Shown here: positions 61,845 to 64,000 of the stretch, in pieces
Position numbering within the stretch: the first letter of the stretch is position 1
How the letters are laid out: each line of letters begins with the position of its first letter
Source of the DNA: Candidatus Altimarinota bacterium
Lineage (GTDB): Bacteria; Patescibacteriota; Gracilibacteria; JBDHUY01
Reading direction: 5' to 3'
Length of the DNA: 64,000 nucleotides
NCBI GenBank assembly: GCA_039809385.1
Contig: JBDHUY010000007.1
Location: forward strand, 33,494-97,493
Notes under the pieces: generated by a model
What the model was told of the DNA's origin: nothing
Database searches by the model: none
The model's input: the letters and a program-made list of their open reading frames with translations, nothing else
Program-made: the position numbers and the translations under genes

Positions 61845-61970
61845 AAGCGTTGTACCTGAATGCTGAGGTTTATTTGAAGTCAGGGGAATCGGAGGAGATC
61901 CAAGAGCTTCTTTAAGCGGCATAGGTGCAAACTCTCGTTCACCATTGTGCTAGCCGACCTTGGACTCTTC
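61834..61970 (+). pseudogene. 3' relic of a third paralog-A gene plus its downstream sequence
   Basis: Ungapped 137-nt match to 62989-63125; translates VKALYLNAEVYLKSGESEEIQELL* versus VKTLYRKAEVYLKSGESEEMAALL. Confidence 0.85.
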
Positions 61971-62004
61971 GCGTGCGCTCGGTGTGACATAATGGAACTC
62001 CCTA

Positions 62005-62265
62005 CTACCCGTACAACTGACTATGCGTCCCAATATCAACAAACTCGACGATATTTTCGTCTCGATACACAAAATGTGCCCGCTAGTCACCTGTAACATT
62101 CATACTGATTCTCCCGGCCAAATTTCCTTTTAATGAGTGAATATTGAGGAGAGGATGTCTTTGGTTCAGAGCAAAAAGGTCCAGTCTCTCTGCCAGTTGT
62201 TGTTGAACAGGATGGGGAACCTTCTTGAACTTTTTCTTAAACCGCTCTGAAAAATAAATATCCAT
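62005..62265 (-). pseudogene. RelE/YafQ-type mRNA interferase toxin with an internal TAG
   Basis: MDIYFSERFKK..HSLKGNLAG..NVTGD*RAHF...DIGTHSQLYG; in-frame TAG at 62083-62085. Confidence 0.85.
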
Positions 62266-62269
62266 GCTC

Positions 62270-62539
62270 CTATTCTGCAATCAAACTTCTCACATAATCA
62301 CCGGCCTTGCTCGCCTCAACACTCGTGTACCGCCCGGCCTTAAAGTCCTCTTCGGCTTCCAGAAAAGCCCGTTCAGCCTCTGGGGTTAGTTCATATGGCC
62401 AAACCGGAAGTTGATCGGTTTTAACGAGTGTTTCCAGGGAAGCGGTAATGAACGAATCAATGGACACTTGTCGTTCTTTCGCTCTGCGGGCAATGGCGCG
62501 CTTGAGCTTTGAGTCAATCTCAATGGTAATCGTAGCCAT
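62270..62539 (-). CDS. Ribbon-helix-helix antitoxin
   Basis: MATITIEIDSKLK..A...QVSID RHH pattern, acidic C-terminus, immediately upstream of the toxin. Confidence 0.75.
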   Translation of the reverse strand: MATITIEIDSKLKRAIARRAKERQVSIDSFITASLETLVKTDQLPVWPYELTPEAERAFLEAEEDFKAGRYTSVEASKAGDYVRSLIAE

Positions 62540-62665
62540 AAGAAATCGGATTAAAAGCTACCCCGACTATATCGTAGGAATACTGAAATGGCAATAGTCA
62601 GGCTTCTAGAGATTCGTGAAAATTAACCTCTGCGATGGGCGGAAAGTCAACGGTACGGCTCTTAT

Positions 62666-62694
62666 TTGCCCAAATTGTCGTAATTTGCTATAAT
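62666..62694 (+). promoter_or_regulatory. Sigma70-type promoter of paralog A2
   Basis: TTGCCC-17 nt-TATAAT with an extended -10 TG. Confidence 0.55.
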
Positions 62695-62737
62695 AGTCTG
62701 AATTTCAAAACATAACCTGACAAGCAGTTTCGTTGCT

Positions 62738-63079
62738 ATGCCTATCTCGAAAAAACAGTCTGTTTCTCTCGATATTCACGCGCTGATCGATGCCTCTCCT
62801 TCGCTGGACGATGGAGCGAAAGCCTATTGGCATGAGCGGGTGGAGCAAATGGACGAAGACCACATACGTCAGGTGGCGGATATCTTTTTGCGGGAGCAGG
62901 AGCGGTACGGTCAGATTATGCAAGACCGTAATCGCAAGATTCAATCCGCGTATGCGACGTATGTGGAAAGGCTGGATCGGGAAACTACCAGGCAGGTAAA
63001 AACGTTATACCGGAAAGCTGAGGTCTATTTGAAGTCCGGGGAATCGGAAGAGATGGCAGCGCTGCTGAACGAGGCATAG
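62738..63079 (+). CDS. Small helical hypothetical protein, paralog A2
   Basis: ALIDASPSLDDGAKAYW...VADIF aligns with the product of 59577..59930. Confidence 0.75.
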   Translation: MPISKKQSVSLDIHALIDASPSLDDGAKAYWHERVEQMDEDHIRQVADIFLREQERYGQIMQDRNRKIQSAYATYVERLDRETTRQVKTLYRKAEVYLKSGESEEMAALLNEA

Positions 63080-63117
63080 ATACAAACGCTCGTTCACCAT
63101 TGTCCTCGCCGACCCTA

Positions 63118-63335
63118 GACTCTTCCTCTTTGCTCTCGTTCAGAGTCAGAGTGACAATGAATAAGAGAAAATTCCCCAATCTGGTCATGCTGGCCCCGTC
63201 CAGCATCCGGGGACGCACGGAACGTATAAATTGCACTCAGTGAGGATCGATTGCATGAAAACCCTTACAGTTCACGATCATTGAATCGGTTAAACGGGAC
63301 TCTTCCTCTTCGCTCTCGCTCAGAGTCAGAGTGAC
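63118..63335 (+). repeat. Two 38-nt direct repeats 180 nt apart (REP-like)
   Basis: GACTCTTCCTCTT(T/C)GCTCTCG(T/C)TCAGAGTCAGAGTGAC at 63118-63155 and 63298-63335, 2 mismatches; a degenerate relative lies at ~61963-61988. Confidence 0.8.
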
Positions 63336-63357
63336 TATAAACAAACATACACATACC

Positions 63358-64000
63358 ATGAGACTTCTTAAAAACTTTCAACTGACCCTCTTTGCTCGCC
63401 CGATCCGAATGGTGGTGTGGGAAGAGGCTAACAATGACTATCAAAAGGCTGCTACTGCGGTGAAGGAGGCTAAGAATACGTTTGAAACGAATAAAAATGA
63501 ATTATTGACTCTTTCGGATAAAGATAATGGTTTACAAGGGGATGCTCTCATTAATGAAGCTGAAAAAAAGGCTACTCAAGCCTTGAATGAAAAATTATCT
63601 GCTATTCAAAAAAATACTGAGAAAGTTCAGGATTTAATGAAAGGCGTAAAAAATGGAAATGCTAGTATCGATAACGATACTATCGCAGCCGGAGCTACCT
63701 TAAGAGCGTATCTGGTTATATTAAATAGCGAATTGCAAAAGCTGAAATCTGATACCGATCAACGGATTGCACAAGAAGTTGCTCAACCTCTTTTCGATTC
63801 CCTGAATGCTCTGGACACCGTTGAGTTCTCAAACAACCAAAGTACCTTAAAGTTGGATGGAACCAAGATCGTTCGGTCGGTTGAACCTGCACAACTCGGC
63901 AACGAGTTTACCATCCTGGGACAAAAGTATGAACTTCAAAGCGGTGTTACCATTGAAAACCTCTTTACCAATGCGCAGGGATTTGAAGTGTTGGTTTTAA
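63358..64000 (+). CDS. Large hypothetical protein, N-terminal part (runs off the window)
   Basis: Open frame from ATG 63358 to the window end: MRLLKNFQLTLFARPIRMVVWEEANND..., helical then beta-rich; absent from the supplied ORF track. Confidence 0.75.
   Translation, partial: MRLLKNFQLTLFARPIRMVVWEEANNDYQKAATAVKEAKNTFETNKNELLTLSDKDNGLQGDALINEAEKKATQALNEKLSAIQKNTEKVQDLMKGVKNGNASIDNDTIAAGATLRAYLVILNSELQKLKSDTDQRIAQEVAQPLFDSLNALDTVEFSNNQSTLKLDGTKIVRSVEPAQLGNEFTILGQKYELQSGVTIENLFTNAQGFEVLVL

Noticed and set aside
62083-62085. Amber recoding or pyrrolysine readthrough in the toxin
   Set aside because: TAG is a normal stop elsewhere (lpdA, typA, mraY) and no suppressor or pyl genes are seen; a point mutation is simpler.
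63118-63335. Possible CRISPR array (38-nt repeats)
   Set aside because: Only two good copies, a 142-nt spacer, and no cas genes in the window.
1-64000. Alternative genetic code (TGA=Gly) as in Gracilibacteria BD1-5/Absconditabacteria
   Set aside because: Long conserved genes (rpoB, rpoC, pheT, uvrC) are uninterrupted in code 11, and TGA ends genes such as pfkA and murD at the expected positions.

Overview
64 kb of bacterial chromosome read in the standard code (TGA is used as stop). It most likely comes from a Patescibacteria/CPR lineage of the Peregrinibacteria/Abawacabacteria type. This is an inference from SLH-bearing surface proteins, scarce Shine-Dalgarno motifs and heptamer-periodic intergenic palindromes; no phylogeny was run. 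The housekeeping backbone is fbaB-like aldolase, lpdA, pfkA, typA, mraY, uvrC, gpmI, pheT, alr, csaA, pgeF, tRNA-Leu(CAA), rpmE and rpoB-ssb-rpoC. Accessory content includes: an AT-rich murD/glycosyltransferase island (~8.8-14.9 kb); a cell-surface cluster (SLH-PDZ-S41 protease, DUF2207, SLH protein, DUF4331, a 1358-aa lamin-tail repeat protein); and several palindromic repeat families. There are two main candidates for an undescribed system. (1) A two-gene module of an orphan ImmA/IrrE metallopeptidase and a ~122-aa two-TM protein occurs twice independently (28.7 kb and 46.2-47.1 kb). (2) A modular array at 59.6-64 kb has paralogous ~115-aa helical proteins each preceding a large protein with a similar non-Sec N-terminus (one is a peptidoglycan-binding M15 peptidase); it also holds a relic of a third paralog and a nonsense-inactivated RelE/YafQ-type TA pair. 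All calls come from motif recognition by eye; no database searches were run.
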